A DNA stretch of 64,000 nucleotides from Lophium mytilinum (GCA_010093605.1 MU004195.1:930001-994000), one strand, 5' to 3'. Counted from the first letter of the stretch, positions 1 to 12,540 are shown. Made by a program: numbers and translations. Notes: a model not told the origin generated them from the sequence alone.

Positions 1-1327
1 GCATCCGATTCCGTGGCAAGACTGTCAGTCACCCCCAAAATCTCTTGAAGTTTGGAGGAACTGACTAGACGCAGATTCCAGAATGCCAGGAAGTCCTGCC
101 AAAGGCCCCAGGTGGCTCCGAGCCGCTGCCAGAAGGTACAAAGAATTGAGTGCTTCCACGCGCATTACTAATAATTCCAGGTCTCTTCTGGCTTCTTTTG
201 ACTGGCGAGGTACCATCTGAGCAACAGGTCCGCGATCTATCTGCTGAGTGGGCTGCCCGCTCCGCTGTCCCCAAGTTCATTGAGGAAATAATCGACCGCT
301 GCCCGAGCGACCTCCACCCAATGGCCCAGTTCTCTCTGGCCGTCACTGCCCTCGAGCACGAGTCGTCGTTCGCCAAGGCATACGCAAAGGGCATGAAGAA
401 GGCGGAATACTGGCAACACACCTTCGAGGATTCGATGGACTTGATTGCCAAGCTCCCCACCATCGCCGCGAAAATCTACCGCAACGTCTACAAGGATGGC
501 AAGGTTGCGCCTGTCCAGAAAGACAAGGACTACGGCTACAACTTGGCGAACCAGCTCGGATTTGCTGAGAACAGCGACTTCGTTGAGCTGATGAGACTAT
601 ACCTCACCATCCATTCCGACCACGAGGGCGGAAACGTCAGCGCGCATACCACTCACTTGGTTGGAAGCGCCCTCAGCTCGCCTATGCTGTCTCTCTCTGC
701 TGGTCTAAACGGTCTCGCTGGTCCCCTCCATGGATTGTGAGTGTATTTTCGATATCGTGGTGGGAAATTCGCTAACGCTGTACAGGGCCAACCAGGAAGT
801 GCTTAGCTGGTTAACCAAGATGAAGAAGGCCATTGGCAACGACCTTAGCGACCAAGCCATCACTGACTACCTCTGGTCCACCCTCAAGGCTGGTCAAGTC
901 GTCCCAGGTTACGGCCACGCTGTGCTACGAAAGACCGACCCCCGCTACGTTTCCCAGCGCGAGTTTGCGCAGAAGCATCTTCCCGATGACCCAATGTTCA
1001 AGCTTGTCAGCCAGGTTTACAAGATTGCCCCCGGTGTGCTCACTGAGCACGGAAAGGTACGTTGCATTCCCGCAATTCCTCTGTCACATTGCTAATTCTT
1101 TGTCCTAGACCAAGAACCCATACCCCAACGTCGATGCCCACTCCGGTGTCCTCCTCCAGTATTATGGCCTTACTGAGCAGAACTTCTACACTGTCCTCTT
1201 CGGTGTCTCCCGCGCGATTGGTGTCCTTCCTCAACTCATCATTGACCGTGCCGTTGGTGCTCCCATCGAGCGACCCAAGTCGTTCAGCACCGAGGCGTAC
1301 GCAAAGTTGGTTGGCGCAACCCTATAA
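1..1327 (+). CDS. cit1: Mitochondrial citrate synthase (5' end lies before the window; spliced)
   Basis: Spliced translation [40 protein letters not shown]...[12 protein letters not shown]...LAGPLHG|ANQEVL...[17 protein letters not shown]...[12 protein letters not shown]...IERPKS, stop TAA at 1325-1327. GT-AG introns at about 24-74, 135-180, 737-786 and 1057-1108. Confidence 0.95.
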
Positions 1328-2336
1328 GTCACTCCACGTATGGAGCGGAGCAGGTGCAGGAGGCATGTGGAGGTGGTTTAGACTGAAACGACTTCTGTGT
1401 ACCGATAGAATAGGGAGCATCCAGTATCCGGCAAGGACAGCAGGCATGCATGGCTTTTCTTACTGCCTTTGGTTTGGTTAGGGTGCAACTTGTAACATTA
1501 CCGTCGTTTAGCGGGTGCTTGAAATGTCTACTCTCCTCATGATACCATCTACCTCGCATGCACATTTATCGCTGTGAATTTGGCCTAAAAATGCAGGGAA
1601 TGGTTCTCCAATCAGAGAACAGCAGGACTACTAAACGGATATCGCTGGCCGAGCAAGAACCCGATCGGGCTCTGTACCTGGATCGTGGGACGGTGACCGA
1701 AGTGGAACCCTGGATGGTCCCCAAAAAGCGACCTGCAGATCTAAGTGGCTCAGAAAAGGCGTGGGCGAATAGTGCATTGTCCGGCGGCGGTGTGAGAACC
1801 AGCCCGTGGGTGATGCGCGAGCTGAAATTCTTTGGGGACCCGAAGGAGTGAGAGCCTCAACAAATATTGGGAAATGGTTCGGGAGGTTTAGGGGCACAGG
1901 CGTGTTGGTGTAACTCCAGGGAGACAAATTCACAGCATTAGAAGTAGATAACTCTGTAGAAATTGAAGCCCGCCTTCGTGAGGGTGGAATCGCCGCGAAT
2001 TGCTCGATTCAACAGCCTGTCACAAGCCAGTCCCGACCTCAACTCAACCCGACGCCGGCCTCGGAGGACGTTCACAAATTCCGCCAAGGCCTGGAGCCCA
2101 GCGTCACCAATAAGCAAACCATATCCCGCCGTGTCTTCAACCAAACCTCCCGAACTCGAAAGCTCCAGCCACCACGGCCCCCGACGCTGACAATCGCTTC
2201 TCTCACAAAACCGTCTCGCCCCCCCGTCGTTCACTCCGGTCCCTCTTATCTCCCACTTACACCTTTCCTCTACCGCGAAGAAGCACCCAACTCCCTTGGT
2301 CAGGGCCCCTTACGCACACCTCCACCTCTACAGATT

Positions 2337-3606
2337 ATGTCCGCATCCGCGCCCATCGCCGGTACGGCTTCTGCGCCGCAGAAGCTGGAGAAGAAGCCCG
2401 TCAAGTTCAGCAACCTGTTGCGTGAGTCTGCCGCCCTGAGAGCCCCGAGAATCGCCGTAGAGGGAGTTTGGAGCTAACCGGTGCTTTTTTTTGAGGATAG
2501 TCGGAGCTGGATTGAACATGTTCGAGTAAGTCACAGCGCCATGGTTTATATGGTAGAAGAGTGAGCGCTAATACGTGTCTTGCAGAGTGACAACTTTGGG
2601 ACAGGTAAATTCCCGGAGTTCGAGGTGCTTTTTAGGGAAGATAGCTGACTTTGGGTTCATAGCCGTTGGAAGTGACCAAGACGACGATGGCTGCAAATCG
2701 GGCTGACGGCATGGCCGGGGCTATTGCGAGAATCTGGAGTCGTGGAGGGGTGCTTGGATGTAAGCTTTCCCAGCCGCAAAACTTCACTGGAGACAACTCC
2801 GAGCTTGTGCTAATATATGGATTATAGTCTACCAAGGTCTTATCCCATGGGCGTGGATCGAAGCCTCCACCAAAGGCGCCGTCCTCCTTTTCGTCGCCTC
2901 GGAAGCCGAGTTCTACGCCAAAAGCTTCGGCGCGCCCGACTTCCTGGCCGGTATAAGTGGAGGCATGACGGGCGGTCTCGCCCAGGCCTACGCGACAATG
3001 GGCTTCTGCACCTGCATGAAGACGGTAGAGATCACGAAGCACAAGGTCGCGGCCTCGGGGCAGAAACCGCCAGGAACCCTCCAGACCTTCATGGGCATCT
3101 ACCGCGCCGAGGGTATCCGCGGCATCAACAAGGGCGTCAACGCCGTTGCGGTGCGCCAGGTCACCAACTGGGGCTCCCGCTTCGGTCTTTCGCGTGTCGC
3201 CGAGAATGGGATCCGCAAGATGACGGGCAAGGGCGACACGGAGAAGCTGGGGGTTTGGGAGAAGATTCTTGCTAGCGCCGTGGGTGGTGGCCTCAGTGCT
3301 TGGAACCAGCCGATCGAGGTCATCCGCGTGGAGATGCAGAGCAAGACTGTGGACCCCAACCGGCCGAAGAAGCTGACTGTTAGCACGGCGGCGAAGTATA
3401 TCTACAGCAACAACGGGATGAAGGGCTTGTATCGCGGCGTTACTCCTAGAATTGCGCTCGGCGTTTGGCAGACGGTCTGCATGGTTGCTTTGGGCGATGT
3501 GTAAGTTCCCAGTGTTCTATTGACGAGAGAGCATAGCTAACGGATGAATAGTGCCAAAGATGCTGTTGAGAGGCTCACTGGCGACAGCGTCACGGCGAAG
3601 CACTAA
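2337..3606 (+). CDS. yhm2: Mitochondrial citrate/2-oxoglutarate carrier (Yhm2/YhmA family), multi-exon with micro-exons
   Basis: MSASAP...LEKKPVKFSNLL|GAGLNMFE|VTTLGQ|PLEVTKTTMAANR...YQGLIPWAWIEASTKGAVLLF...WNQPIEVIRVEMQS...GLYRGVTPRIALGVWQT. Mitochondrial carrier PxD/ExxK/R motifs present. Micro-exons near 2501-2525 and 2586-2604. Confidence 0.92.
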
Positions 3607-4549
3607 AAGGGCGTCTGGATGGCTCGGTCTGCCTGCGAGCTACTGAGATACCAGATGTGCTACTCCGTCTTTTAATTGCTTGTCGTTGCATTTGCTTATA
3701 TGTTCGTTCAAGCTCTTGGTTCCAAGTGTTGATAGACGGTGGAAATGGGAGTTTGTTGGTAATCACATGAGCCTGAGAGGCTTTTTCCTTTCTAGTTTCA
3801 CAGATGTATCCTACCACCATAATATCAAATGTTGAAGGACACGCTTGATATCTGCTTGCCCATGGCCCTGTGAAATCCTCCTGAACCCGTGGAGATCTCA
3901 CAAGCTACCTGTGAAATCTCTCCCTGGATCAGATAATCACCATGGTATTCTAGCCCAACGTCTTTAAACACTCTCCTTCCCACTCCACATAACTTCAGTA
4001 AAGCACCACCCCCATCGTACTTTTAGAATCCCTTACAACATCCTTACAAATCTCTCCGCCACCCCCTCGCCCCCACACGCGTAACAAACCCCGCCAAGCT
4101 TTCTTTGTAAACCACCAAGCGTATCGCGCTCGGGCAGTCATGCTTACTCATACTCCAGCGGATCCCCACTTATCCAATAAGAACGTCCCTGCCAAGCCCA
4201 GCCACGCTTCTTTCAGCTGGCCCAATCTGGGCGGAGATCTGGGCGGAGGTGGTTTATGTCCGGGAGAGCGCCCTGTTTGTACTCCAAGTACGCTCGGGAA
4301 GTAGAACTGCGAAGCTCCTTTTCTTTCGCTTTTTCGTCGCTGGTTATAGGTATTGTAAGGGCGACGCGTAGATCTTTCTAGATACCTGCGTACGGTGAAG
4401 GGGATAGCGAAAGAGCATAGGATAGCGAGATCGCCTTGTTCACGCGCTGGGAAACTCGTCTCTTCTACTTCTCATTTCCCTTTTATCTCAACCCTCTCCC
4501 ATCTCCTCTCATCTCATCAATACTCCACTCCCGACCTCAACCTCAAAAA

Positions 4550-6976
4550 ATGGCCACCACCCCCACCCCGGCCGACAGCGTCTCCATCGCCCCCACAGCC
4601 GTCTCGCACCAACACCAACACCAACACCCGCATCTCCACCACACCGGCCGACGGCTGCGGCATTTCCTGCGGCCTGATGGGCGGAAAGTGCATATCGCGG
4701 GCTCGCCAGACGAAGCGGAGAAGCTGAAAAGAACGCTGAGTGTTAGCGAGAAGGAGGGCACGTTTGATCTCGTGATTCATGGGACGGATGAGCATATTGA
4801 GGCGCTCAGGGATAGTCATCAGTGGACGGAGGGGAGGCAGAGGAGGATGAGGGAGGAGCATGGTGGGTTTTGCTGTTTTGTTTTGGTGGATTGATGGGAG
4901 AGCCCACCCGGATGGAGGAGTGTGCCCGCCCACCCGCCACCCGCTAATGTTTTCCAGGGAATGTTCTGGATGAGTTTGAACGCGTGATTAGGGAATTGGA
5001 TACGCTGTCGGAGGAACTGCATGCGGTTTCGCAGCATGCGGTGCAGTTGGATGCGAGTTTTTCGAAGTATGGGTATTCGGCGCATTTGAGTGAGTTTGTT
5101 CGTTTTCTCGCTCTTTCTAACGTTTCCATAAACAGGCTGAAGTGGTAGTGAATTACTCGTCTTTCATCTTTCGTTTTCCTCCAATTTCCCTTTTCGTCCG
5201 ATTTATTCCTCGGGCATTCTCTAATATATCGAAAAGGGACAAGAGATAGCCCCGAAGGTTCATCAAATAACTCCACATATGGCGATGGAGCAAGTAGTAT
5301 CCCTGAATCAAAAGCAGACTGGGACGCTGAAAGGGGCCATGGGCAGATCATGAGGTATTTCCGATTTCACCCTTCCATTTTCAAGATACAAATTCTTACA
5401 CTGTAATGTAGTTTCTACAAGAAGCCAATCGTTCGACAATACTTCCACAAAGGCCTACTCTGGCGTGCCCAGGAAGCCCAAGAGGTCGCCAGCTACGAAC
5501 TATTCGTCGACCTCCTCTACGTTGGTATTATTGCCATCTCTGGTGATAATGCTGCCGAACACGCGACCGGCCAGTCTCTCCTCAAGTTTGCCATTACTTT
5601 TATCTTGGGATGGAAGTTCTGGTCTGATATCTCGGTTCTGATTGCTTGGTTCGACTCCGATGATATACTCCGGAGGTTCGCTGTGATATGGGTTCTTACT
5701 TGTAAGTGACTTATCACCTATCAATTTGAATGTTTATATATTGACCATGCTACAGGTCTTCTCGGTTTTACCACCAACATGGCAGACTTCTGGGAAGAGA
5801 CGTATGCCTCTCTCATCGGCTTCTACCTCGCAGCTAGGCTGTTCATGGCGTGCGCTTACGTATGGCATGGCTATGTGATACCAATGGTCCGAGGTGCAAT
5901 GGTAAGCCTCGTTTCTCTTCGAAGTAACCTAAGATCAGTCTAACAGTCTATAGATAGCCAACGCGATCAGCGTCGTCGTCCCCTCAATACTCTGGATCGG
6001 CAGCATCCACGTCGAAGAACCCAACCGCCAAGCCCTGATCTGGATCGCTATCTTCTTCGACCTCTTCGGTGCGAGCATAGTCGTCGCCTGGCAGCGTGCC
6101 GGCAGCTGGCTCAACTTCAGCCCGCGCCTGCTCGAATGGACCAAGAAGCGCTTCGAGTTCTTCCCCGGCGCCAACATCGAGCACAAAATTGAGCGCACCG
6201 GCGCCTTCGTCACCCTCGTCTTCGGCTACTCCGTCGTCGCGCTGCTCTACGAAAACAACGCCGCCTTCGGCATCAACGCCTTCTTCGGTAAAGCGGTTCT
6301 CGGCCTCCTCCAAGCCTTCGCGTTCAACTGGCTCTACTTCGAAATCGACAGCTTCAACCTGCACACCCACGCCATTCGCCGGCATGTGTTTAGCGCGTTG
6401 ACGTGGATGAGCATCCACCTCCCCTTCATCATGTCCTTTGTCATCTCCTCCGCCGCTCTCAGCAAGCTCGTGCTCGCCCACGACACGCCGAATTCGGATC
6501 CTGAGACTCTCTACGAAACCTACCTCCCGCGCTCTGAAGAGGCGATTAGCGCCGGCCAGCGCTGGTTCTACTGCGCCGGCCTCGGTATCGCCCTCGCGTG
6601 TATGGGCGTCATCTCCAAGACGCACGTGTATAAGACGATCCCGAATCAGCGCCTGCTCAAGAACAAACGCCTTGCCGTGCGTTTCGCTGTCGCTATCATC
6701 TTCATTTGCTTACCGCTTGCGGATGGCCTTAATTCGCTTGAGCTGATCGCCACGACTACGGGGTTGGTGTGGGTTGTGTTAATCGTCGAGTTGCTGGGGA
6801 GCACGTGCGTGCACGAGACGTTCTGGAACGACTGTCGCGGGACGTGCCAGTATAGCGCGAAGTGCCGGGTGACGAAGAAGGAGCTGGAGGCGAGCATGAA
6901 GAATGGGACGGTGATTAATGTGGAGGATATTGCAAAGCGGGAGAAGGAGGAGAGTGGGGGGATTGGGGGGTTTTAG
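4550..6976 (+). CDS. Low-temperature-requirement A (LtrA)-family integral membrane protein
   Basis: Spliced ORFs with the LtrA-type motifs YELFVDLLYVGII and NIEHKIERTGAFVTLVFGYSVV, multiple hydrophobic helices and a His-rich N-terminus. Several GT-AG introns. Confidence 0.8.
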
Positions 6977-8067
6977 GGGGGGTAAAGGGTGGCAGGTGAT
7001 AGCGACGGTGTTTAAAACGTCTTGGCTGGCTTCTGATATTCTGCTACGTCTTCTGGAAATCATGCGCTATGATGCCTCCTCGAGCCTAAACTACGTGTTC
7101 TCCGGCCAAATCATGTTACCGTCCCGCAGACTAATCTTCTTTGCTCTTTCCATCCGACTATAGAGCCCCACTGTGCGTCAAACCCCTCATCTCCTTAACA
7201 GTGCTTCGATTGCCATATCCTTTTCATGACGCGGCCGTCGGGCTGAACGACGACAAAGGAAAAGAACGATAGTGGGTGAATCAAACTATTACATCAAAAT
7301 TGATCTATATGTTGAGCGCGAGTCTGAGAGAAAGTTTCGGCGCCGCCAATATTCACACTGCCGCTTGAGTTGTTTATAACAAATATTCGCCAGTTCTCAT
7401 CGATAGTGTTAAGGTAGGACGGGTCGATGTTCACCTGTCCGCCAGCATTGTTGATGGTCACGGCTGGTCTGTTAGATGTAGCAGCAATCTCTACTAGGTC
7501 GAAAGCTTGGTCGAATGCAAATAGGCCTGGAGCTGGGTTTGGGGTCTTACCAGTATATTGTGAAAAACATCTTCATCAAGACGAACAACTTACTTTGACC
7601 TCCGGGAGCAACCGCCCGGCATCCACGGGCAGCAGCTTCGGGTGATACAAACTCGTCGTCTGCTAGCTCGGGTGTGTTTGACGGGTTTTGAAAGAATGAA
7701 GAACTCTGAAGAGGCAACCGCCTAGATCCGTGACGCGATCCATTATTGGATTTACGGCCTGACATATCTTCGGCTGTAGATTCCGCTGGGAGTTTTTGTG
7801 TGATGATCAACCGAGTGCTTGATCGTCCGTCCAGTTAATAGAAGTAGAGTAGCTCTTCTTCTTCTTCGCAAGGTAGACAGGGTCGATTTGAAGAGTGAGA
7901 AAGCGGGGGGCTGTAGCTTTCTTTATACATCTCTGTTCTGTATCAAGGCTGATACCGTGCCGGAATCCCGGATGAAACACAAGATCAATGATATTGATTG
8001 CCAAGGTCTCAACTTCACGCTGGAGTGGGTCCAGCAGAAAATACTCGCTCTATTGGAGGCGTTAAAG

Positions 8068-11000
8068 CTAATCTGCCAAAGGGTCATTATCGGACCCACT
8101 GTCAGAAGATTCATCGTCGTGAATGCAGCATTCTCCGCATAACGGGTTTGTCGCATTGACCTTGATATCTCCCGCCCTGATCTTAAATTGTGCGATCCTG
8201 TTGAACAGTGTTCGAGCTGTCTGCCGTTTCTCGGGCTCTTCTTGAAGCATTCCGCTAATCCAGGTCTCCATAACCGCCAGAATATCTCGTGGCACGTCTT
8301 TAGCGATCTCCGATGATGCCAACTCGGTCAACCAGTCTGATATGGACGGTAGGTTTTCATAGAATCGATGGCTCTCCGTCCTAGATTTGAAGAACTGGCG
8401 CATTTCATGTACTGACCTAAGAAGAAATACACTCCACATCTCCAGGAAAACACATCCTAGAGACCATATGTCGGATGACGAATTCCGCTTCTCATAACGA
8501 GCGACTTCAGGCGCACAGTACACAAGGCTCTTGGCTGTGTCCTGCGTCGTGGTACTTCTAGTAAGACTTTCCCAGTCCAACGAAATGCCGAAGTCGGTGA
8601 GGAATACCTTTCCGCCTTTGACTAGGATATTTTCCGGCTTGATATCCCGATGCCGGATTTTGGAGTCGTGGAGATAGCTCAAGGCACCAGCGAGGCATCC
8701 GAAGAAGGTGGGGAAGGACCGAAGCCTCGACGGCTCGCTTTTTAAAAAATCGTAAAAAGCAGCGAGGTTGTATTCCGCCACAGGGGCTAGGATAATGCCG
8801 AAGTACTTGGAGTCAGTATAACTAGCGATCTGCAGGGCGTTAGTCACGGTGCCACGCATCCTTTGTTGATATAATGTACCAATTCCACGCAATGGCTGTG
8901 TCGGATTCGCTTCAAAATCTCCAGCTCGTTCTTGAAGCTTTTCAATTGGCTGTTGCTGAATTGACCACGGCCTCGGCGAAATCGTTTCCTTGCAAATTCG
9001 CGACCACTCAGTGAACTCACCACCTTGTCCACGTACCCATAACCGCCTTCGCCAAGCTTTTCTCTTTCGGTGAACGGGAAGACCTCATTCTTTCCGAAGT
9101 GCGCATGCCTCGCCAAACTCGAATTCTCCATGTCGACCGCTTTGGTGAGGACCATTTTCTGTGTCTCGAGGAATTGGTCACGAAGCGAAACACTGAGGCT
9201 GCGAGGGAGCAAGTTGCTGCCTAAGGGTAGCCAAACGTCGTTGATACCTTGGTCGATGAACGTGTCAAGATCTTGTAGCTGACCGATGCGGCGGAGTACG
9301 ATGTATATTCGAGGCGAGTGGCTCCAAGCATGCCTCCCGCTTTCTTTTAAGAGATGGGCAATGTGAAAACAGTCGGCATCAGAATAAGATACTTGAGAGT
9401 CAGTGAAATAGCTGCCAAGAGTTTTGCCCGGGTTACTGTTCGAGGAAGAGGCTGGTGATTCTAGGGCTGGTGGCGAAGAGTGTTTTTCGGGTGCTGCTAA
9501 TGATGAAGATGAGGACAAGCCTCTCCTGGTCTCGAGGTTTGGCCTTTCTTTGTGAGACCCAGCAATAAGCTCACTACAATTCTCGGTACGGTGAGTTCCC
9601 GTTTGAGGAAGCAAATCTGAGGAAACGCTAGATTGCCGATTTTGAGACCCTAAAAATGGGTTCTTGGAACGAACGATGTTTGGGAGTTGCTCGTCAGTCA
9701 TTTGTGGCGAGACGTGTTCGCTATTGGCGATTGTCTCCGAGCTGAAGGGCGTAGCGCGAGGGGTTGGGTGAACCCAGGTTTGGATACCCGTACTGGTTTG
9801 GACGTAGTAGTACTCTTGATACCTGTTCATAAAACAACGGTAAGCAAAAGTGAGCCTATTCTGGTGGGAGCGGCGAAGCCTCTATTCTGGTCCTCAATGA
9901 ACAAAAGTACGCCAGCGAAAACCATAATACTTTAAGAGCATTGTCGAGAGATCGATGAACTCACTCTTCAGACCAATGGGCAGTCCACCCTGAAGGCAAA
10001 CTTGGGAGCAACCTGGAGCCTTTTCGATGGGCAGTCCGCACTGGAGGTAAACTTGGGAAGTCCTTGCTCAAAAGCGCCGATCTGTACATGTTGGACCAAT
10101 CATCAGAGCTATCAAACTGATTCGGATGGGATTGATCAGAATCCTGTAGGCCCTTTGCAACCTGAACATCGCGAAAAGAGTTAATTTCGTTTTGCTGCAG
10201 CTCCTGACGGCGCCTCTCTTCCTCCTCTTGACTCAGCTTTATGGCTAACTGAAGTTCAACCTCCTCTGAAGTTACCCGACCCTCCTTGACTGCGTCTTCC
10301 AGAAGGGCCCCACCTTTAATCAGTGTCCCACCAAGGGTCCGAGGAGAAGGTAAAGGTTTAGAGTATTGAGCTCCACCGTATTTTCTGAGGTGCCGTTCCC
10401 GTGCACAGAGAAGTCGTTCGTCGTCCATGATAAACGCCGTGAGGTCCTTCGCGTAAACTCGTACTTTGTGAGGCTATTTATCATACCGCTGCCATGTGTT
10501 GTAGATGATTCCAATTACCATCATGCCCCACATCGCGGCCCTCATCGTCAATATACAGAAACTCTTGGGGAGCTTTTAAGATATGTATGTTTTTTCGAGC
10601 CCATGTCACGCATAGTGTCTTGTCCTCGCGCACGATGTAATCAAGCACTTTCAGAGATTTGAGGACATGACGCCAGTTTCTCCCCTTATCTTGAAGCCGA
10701 GCGTCAAGGGTGTCCATAACCTGATAGAATTCGATTGAACTGTATTCCAATAGTTAGAGGAGCTGGCGAGTCACTGAACAATTTGCAGTACATACTGATT
10801 ATGAGTGAACTGTGCTATTTCCGCCAGCTGAGTCTCGTCAGGAGTTCTCCATGGATCATTGCAAGTTGCTAACGCAGTAAGTTTATGCTCGAACGGATCC
10901 ATAGATTGAACTTGTGTAGTCTCATACCATCACGAACTTTGATTTCTACAGCTGAATAGCCCTTGGTCACGTTTTTAACGGACCTGAGCAGCTTGGACAT
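8068..11000 (-). CDS. Epsin-type ENTH + UIM + WW + Ser/Thr protein kinase fusion protein (6 predicted exons)
   Basis: ATG at 11000: MSKLLRSVKNVTKGYSAVEIKVRD|ATCNDPW...|...DKGRNWRHVLKSLKVLDY...|VRVYAKDLTAFIMDDERL (ENTH). EEVELQLAIKLSQEEEE (UIM). LPSGWTAHWSE|EYQEYYYVQTSTGIQTWVHP (WW, joined in frame across intron 9823-9964). Kinase motifs GEGGYGYV, ARK, HRDIKPEN, DFG, APE and DIWSLG, with intron 8830-8879. Confidence 0.8.
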
Positions 11001-11651
11001 CTTGAATCGTGGATGAAAAAGCAACGAACTCCGCTCAGAGATCAAAGCTGATTGTGTGACTAGCTCACAGATCCCGTGGCTTCCACCGCTGTGGGTCTGT
11101 TGTGCCCGGATGGCGCTATACTGCGGAATTTCGATTGCGAGCGCCCTCTTCGTCCCCGCAATCTCAGACGGAAGGGTAAGAAGACAGCTCAACACGAGGC
11201 CGGCTATATTGAGCTTGATCAATGTAGAGAGACGGACGGTGCCTCTTACTATTATCTAGGAGCTGGCATGTTGATGGAAAGTAGAGGCCCTCGAGAGGAC
11301 GGATGCGTTGAGCGTCACGATTCACCAGCCGCCAGCCTTGTCCAGTGAGGCTGAAGTGATTGCCAAGCGGGATTCCCGAACTGGACTAGCGTCAACCTGC
11401 GTCTTGCTGCAAGCTGAGTACCCCGTATAGTGTTTTTGCATTGCAATCTAGGACGGATTGGACTGAAAGCTGGGCTGACTCTACTCTGTACCGACATTCC
11501 TTGATGGGCTGTGTATGCTGTATCTTTGTGTAGTGACACATGCTTTCCGGCCCGTTTCCATCATCCTTCGCTCTTCTGCCCCGATCACATGCCCCCAACC
11601 CCGATCACGTTATGCTCCGCTGACTAACCCTCTTTTCCCTTCTCTTCTGAC

Positions 11652-11658
11652 TATAAAA
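11652..11658 (+). promoter_or_regulatory. Candidate TATA box upstream of the repeat-spacer array
   Basis: TATAAAA following a pyrimidine-rich tract, about 32 nt before the first repeat unit. Confidence 0.4.
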
Positions 11659-11689
11659 GCCCGATCCCCCTCAGGCCTCTAATTTCCTC

Positions 11690-12540
11690 ATGGGAGTTCG
11701 ACAGGAGTTGATTAAAAATCGCAACCGACATTGCATTATGGCTGGGAGGTGATCAACAACTGCAGCATCGTCTACTATGGGAGGTGGAGGTCCGTGTGGT
11801 GGATCAACAACAGCATGTCCCCTACGTAATGGGGTGCAGTGCTGGTGGTGCATCAAAAAGGGTATGCGCAGAATGTCATGGGTGGAGTGCTGGCGGATCA
11901 AGAACAGCTATCAGTAAGCTCTATGGCTGGGAGGTGATCAACAACCGCCAGCTGCGTATGATATGGGAGGAGGAGGTTGGTGTGATGGATCACGGAGTGC
12001 TGGTGGTAGATCAAAACGGTCCTGTGTCGAATGTTATGGGTGGAGTGCTGGTGGTAGATCAAAAGGCGCATGCATTGAAATGGAATGGGTGGAGTGCTGG
12101 CGGTGGATCAACCCCGACCGCGAAGAATGCGATGGGTGCAGTGCTAGTGGATCAAAATGAGATCATAGGAGACTTGATGGGTGGTGGGGATCAAATCCAC
12201 ACATCGTCCATCGCTATGGAGGGAGTCGTGGTGGGAATAAAACTTTGTAATCGGTCCCGCTCCATGGGTGGAGTGGTCGTCGTTGGGAATCAAACCCTAA
12301 AGCAGCATATGCTATATGGTTGGAGTAGTGGTCGCTGTGAATCAAATCTCCTGCGCCGAGGACGCCATGGGCGGAGGGGGGTAGGAGTGTTCAAAGATAT
12401 GGGAAGGACTTTCTATGGAGTGGAGGTGCAGGCTGGTGGAGGATCAACACCTCCGGGCAAAAATCCAGATGGGAGGAGGTTGGGAGTGGGTGTTCAACAG
12501 AGCAGCTTCAGGCCCGCGATGGAGCTGGGTGGAGTGGTGC
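11690..12540 (+). repeat. Repeat-spacer array: about 18 G-rich repeats (consensus ATGGGTGGAGTGCTGGTGGTGGATCAA) separated by unique 20-22 nt spacers
   Basis: Units start at 11690, 11738, 11777, 11829, 11878, 11923, 11963, 12036, 12085, 12132, 12177, 12216, 12264, 12316, 12367, 12415, 12469 and 12519. Repeat length varies from 18 to 52 nt, but the gap between ...TCAA and the next ATGG is always 20-22 nt. Confidence 0.9.

Noticed and set aside
5984..6625. Long antisense or alternate-frame ORFs over GC-rich genes (also 18859-19461, 20065-20664, 25334-25825, 42293-42877)
   Set aside because: These are shadow ORFs produced by the codon bias of the real genes on the other strand or frame.
7299..8067. 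Protein-like minus-strand frames downstream of the kinase stop (possible extra exons)
   Set aside because: I could not build a convincing splice or frame path from the kinase exon, and there are several in-frame stops.
11716..12518. Spacer matches elsewhere in the window or to rRNA (snoRNA-like guides)
   Set aside because: By eye only 9-10 nt chance matches were found (for example near 7599 and 15510), with no recognisable rRNA sequence or C-box. A real search is needed.
11690..12540. Calling the array a bona fide CRISPR
   Set aside because: The context is eukaryotic, there are no cas genes, and the repeats are non-palindromic and vary in length. Only the repeat-spacer architecture is similar.
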